Positions 29,356-32,000 of a DNA stretch of 32,000 nt are shown one piece after another. The stretch comes from Candidatus Saccharimonadota bacterium (lineage in GTDB: Bacteria > Pseudomonadota > Gammaproteobacteria > Enterobacterales > Enterobacteriaceae). The notes under the pieces are model-generated. The model searched no databases. It was not told the origin of the DNA and saw only the letters and a program-made list of their open reading frames with translations. The position numbers and the translations under genes are program-made. The stretch spans positions 120,001 through 152,000 of the forward strand of contig NC_014909.2 of NCBI RefSeq assembly GCF_000185985.2, given 5' to 3'. Within the stretch, counting starts at the first letter, position 1, and each line of letters starts with the position of its first letter.

Positions 29356-30165
29356 TTAACATTTATTATGTAGTATTTCTGCAAGCATACAGAATTGTTG
29401 AATAGTTAGATTTTCTGATCTTAATGTTGTATCAAGTCCGCATTTTTGCATTTCTTTTGTGTTGAATAATGAAGATAAACTATTTTTAATGATTTTACGT
29501 CTTTGATGGAAAGCGATTTTCGTTAAAAAAGAGAGTAATCGTATATCAACAATGGGATAGGGAAAGTGTGCATGATAAGGAGTAAATTGTATTATCATAG
29601 ATTCTACTTTTGGAATAGGTATAAAGGATTGTTTTGATACTTCTAATCGTGATGATACTTGATAATGGTATTGAGTCATTATACTTAATCTGCCATATTC
29701 TTTACTGTTGGGCTGTGCTATAATTCGTTTGCCTACTTCTTTTTGTAACATAAAATGCATATCATAAATAATTTTAGTATATTTAAATAAATGTACGATT
29801 AATTGTGTAGCAATATTGTAAGGTAAATTTCCTATTAATCGAATTTTTTGATTAGATTTCAGAGGTATAAGATTAAAAAAATTTATTTTCATAACATCTG
29901 TATTGAAAATTTTTAATTTTTTAGTGTTAAAATTTTGAAAGAGTTTTTGAGTTAATTGAGGATCACGCTCTATTACTATTAAAAAGTCAACAACATTCAA
30001 TATTGGTTGAGTTAAAGCTCCTAATCCTGGTCCAATTTCTATTATAGTTTGTTTGTGTTGAGGTTGAAATATATTAATTATAGAATTAATTATATTTTGG
30101 TCTGTTAAAAAAATTTGCCCCCATTTTTTTTTAATTATATGATTTTTATAATGTATTTTTTGCAT
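29356..30165 (-). CDS. rsmA: 16S rRNA (adenine1518/1519-N6)-dimethyltransferase RsmA/KsgA
   Basis: From ATG 30165, [20 protein letters not shown] is in exact register with E. coli [30 protein letters not shown] (SAM binding), GNLPYNI and FMLQKEV are present. The ORF-track start 30177 adds 4 codons. The 5' end overlaps the pdxA 3' end. Confidence 0.92.
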   Translation of the reverse strand: [269 protein letters not shown]

Positions 30166-31180
30166 AATTATAAGCATTTTTTATCATATTAATAGCGGTT
30201 TTGATAGCTAAGGTCATACTATTATTATTTGCAATACCTAATCCAGCTAGTTTTAGAGCGCTACCATGATCAACAGAGGTTCTAATAAAAGGTAATCCAA
30301 ATGTGATATTAACGGATTTTCCGAATCCAGAAAATTTTAGAACGGGTAATCCTTGATCATGATACATAGCTAAGATTACATTTGCATATCGTAAATATTG
30401 TGTTTGAAAAATGGTATCTGCAGGAAATGGTCCAATAATATTACAGTTCATATTGGTTTTTCTCAGATTATTTAGGGCAGGTATAATAGTTGTAATTTCC
30501 TCTGATCCAATATATCCTGATTCTCCGGAATGTGGATTTAATCCGCATACATAAATGGTAGGATTCGAAATATTAAAATATTTTTGCAATCCTTGTACAA
30601 GGGTAGTAATAGTATTATGAATAGTTTGTTGAGTAATAAATTGAGATACTAAAGCTATGGGGATATGTGTAGTTACTAACGCTACATTTAGTTTATTATT
30701 ACTTAACATCATTACGGGGGAGGTGTTTGTTTTACTGATTTTAGCTAGAAATTCGGTGTGTCCACTAAATGAAATCCCTCCTTTATTTAAAATAGATTTA
30801 TTTATTGGGCCAGTAACTAAAGCTGAAAATTCTCCGTTAATACATCCTGTTGCAGCTCTATTTAAGGTGTTAATAATATAGTTATTGTTGGCTACGTTTA
30901 GTTGGCCAGGGATAACGGGTTGGGATAATGACATATCTAATATAGATATTTTTCCGGGTTTAAAAGGTAACGTTGTGTTATTAATATAGTAGGGTACTAG
31001 TGTTAATGGAAGATTAAGAGTTTTTGCTCTGTCTAATAGTAAATTAGAATCTGCACATATTATTAAGTCTATGGGCCATTTTTTTTGAACAGTCATAATA
31101 ACTATGTCCGGACCAACCCCAGATGGTTCTCCTGGAGTAATGATAATTTTTTGAGGTTTATTAGCGTTGAATTGAATCAT
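30146..31180 (-). CDS. pdxA: 4-hydroxythreonine-4-phosphate dehydrogenase
   Basis: 344-aa ORF. IIITPGEPSGVGPDIV, GHTEFLA, CGLNPHSGE, AMYHDQGLPVLK and IRTSVDHGSA are collinear with E. coli PdxA. Confidence 0.93.
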   Translation of the reverse strand: MIQFNANKPQKIIITPGEPSGVGPDIVIMTVQKKWPIDLIICADSNLLLDRAKTLNLPLTLVPYYINNTTLPFKPGKISILDMSLSQPVIPGQLNVANNNYIINTLNRAATGCINGEFSALVTGPINKSILNKGGISFSGHTEFLAKISKTNTSPVMMLSNNKLNVALVTTHIPIALVSQFITQQTIHNTITTLVQGLQKYFNISNPTIYVCGLNPHSGESGYIGSEEITTIIPALNNLRKTNMNCNIIGPFPADTIFQTQYLRYANVILAMYHDQGLPVLKFSGFGKSVNITFGLPFIRTSVDHGSALKLAGLGIANNNSMTLAIKTAINMIKNAYNYAKNTL

Positions 31181-32000
31181 GTTTATTAAGAATTTTGATA
31201 TATGATTCAGATTTTAATTTTTGAATCCAATTATTTAAAGTTTCATTGTATTTTTGAGATAATAAAAATAAATAAGCTCGTTCTCGTATTATTTCAGAGT
31301 AATTTACTTTTTTAATATCTATTAATTTTATTATACCCCATTTATTAAAAATATATATAGGATCGCTGATTTGATTTTTTTTTAGGGCGAGTAAAGATTT
31401 TTGTACCGATAAATCAAAGTGATCTAAATCTATCCACTGTTCTAAATGGTCGTAGTTTTCAGAATAAAAATTTTTCGATTTTTCTTTCAGAACTATATCA
31501 AAAGTAGTACGATGATTTTCGAGTTCTGTTTTTAGTTGTAGTAATTGTTTTTTGATATATTGTTCGTTGGATACATGTTTGAAAAGAATGCTATTTATTT
31601 TTACTCTGATTATAGGAAATGTATGTTGTTTGTCAAGTATATCTTGAATCGCTAAAATATGAATACCGTCATAAGAATGAATTGGACCGATAACGTCTCC
31701 TGGTTTTGCTGATTGTAGAGATTGATCAAAAATCATTGGAATATTTTGCCATGAGATCCACGATGTTTTTTTTACTGTAATTCTTGGAAAGATATTGTTA
31801 CTGTAATATGTATATATTAAATCTTGAGCATTTGTTTTAGATTCTATTTTTTTAATTAATAGTCTTGATAAATTATTGTAACTGTTAATTTGTTGAGATG
31901 ATGGATATATGGGTAGCTCAATAATAATATGCATTAATTTAAATTTTTTTTTGAAATCAACAAAATTTGATTGTTGGATGATGTCATTGATTTCATATGA
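31161..32000 (-). CDS. surA: Periplasmic chaperone / PPIase SurA, 3' two-thirds (5' end lies beyond the window edge)
   Basis: The ORF-track product begins at Met 31934. However, the same frame stays open to position 32000 (..SYEINDIIQQSNFVDFKKKFKL-MHIIIELPIYPSSQQI..). KLMHIIIELPIYPSSQQIN aligns with E. coli SurA [20 protein letters not shown] (around residue 170). PGDVIGPIHSYDGIHIL aligns with KGDIVGPIRSGVGFHIL. The C-terminal SESYIKILN aligns with ASAYVKILSN. Confidence 0.88.
   Translation of the reverse strand, partial: SYEINDIIQQSNFVDFKKKFKLMHIIIELPIYPSSQQINSYNNLSRLLIKKIESKTNAQDLIYTYYSNNIFPRITVKKTSWISWQNIPMIFDQSLQSAKPGDVIGPIHSYDGIHILAIQDILDKQHTFPIIRVKINSILFKHVSNEQYIKKQLLQLKTELENHRTTFDIVLKEKSKNFYSENYDHLEQWIDLDHFDLSVQKSLLALKKNQISDPIYIFNKWGIIKLIDIKKVNYSEIIRERAYLFLLSQKYNETLNNWIQKLKSESYIKILNKHDSIQR

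Noticed and set aside
1-32000. Window-wide search for tRNA or rRNA genes, CRISPR repeats, IS or transposase, integrase or phage genes, toxin-antitoxin or restriction/defence genes, and tandem repeats.
   Set aside because: None was found. Every ORF of 60 aa or more that is not antisense is a recognisable core housekeeping gene. The spacers lack T-loop-like GTTCGA motifs and lack regularly spaced direct repeats. This is an ordinary core-genome region, not an accessory island.

Overview
This window is a gene-dense, very AT-rich stretch of a reduced gammaproteobacterial genome of the Enterobacterales type. It is most likely an obligate insect endosymbiont. The long AT-rich spacers and the gene order would fit something like 'Candidatus Blochmannia', but I cannot verify that without a database search. 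I recognise 25 housekeeping genes by collinearity with E. coli proteins recalled from memory. On the + strand: infB (3' end)-rbfA-truB-rpsO-pnp-deaD-holD, thrABC and dnaKJ. Then rpsT (-), followed by ribF-ileS-lspA-ispH-dapB-carAB-folA (+). Then apaH-rsmA-pdxA-surA (-), with surA running off the right edge. From thrA onward the order matches E. coli minutes 0-1, minus many deleted genes (thrL, yaaX..yaaI, nhaAR, fkpB, rihC, cai/fix/kef, apaG). I see no tRNA or rRNA genes, CRISPR arrays, IS or phage genes, toxin-antitoxin pairs, defence genes or any other accessory island. I therefore find no evidence for a novel multi-gene system here. Five points deserve a second look. (1) ribF is split by a frameshift inside an 11-A homopolymer, a candidate for rescue by poly(A) transcriptional slippage. 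(2) A perfect 25-bp inverted repeat sits in the divergent rpsT/ribF control region. (3) A 30-bp-stem hairpin lies directly upstream of thrA, where E. coli has the thr leader and attenuator. (4) The anonymous 142-aa ORF is a diverged holD. (5) TruB lacks its PUA domain. All homology statements rest on my recollection of E. coli sequences, not on searches.
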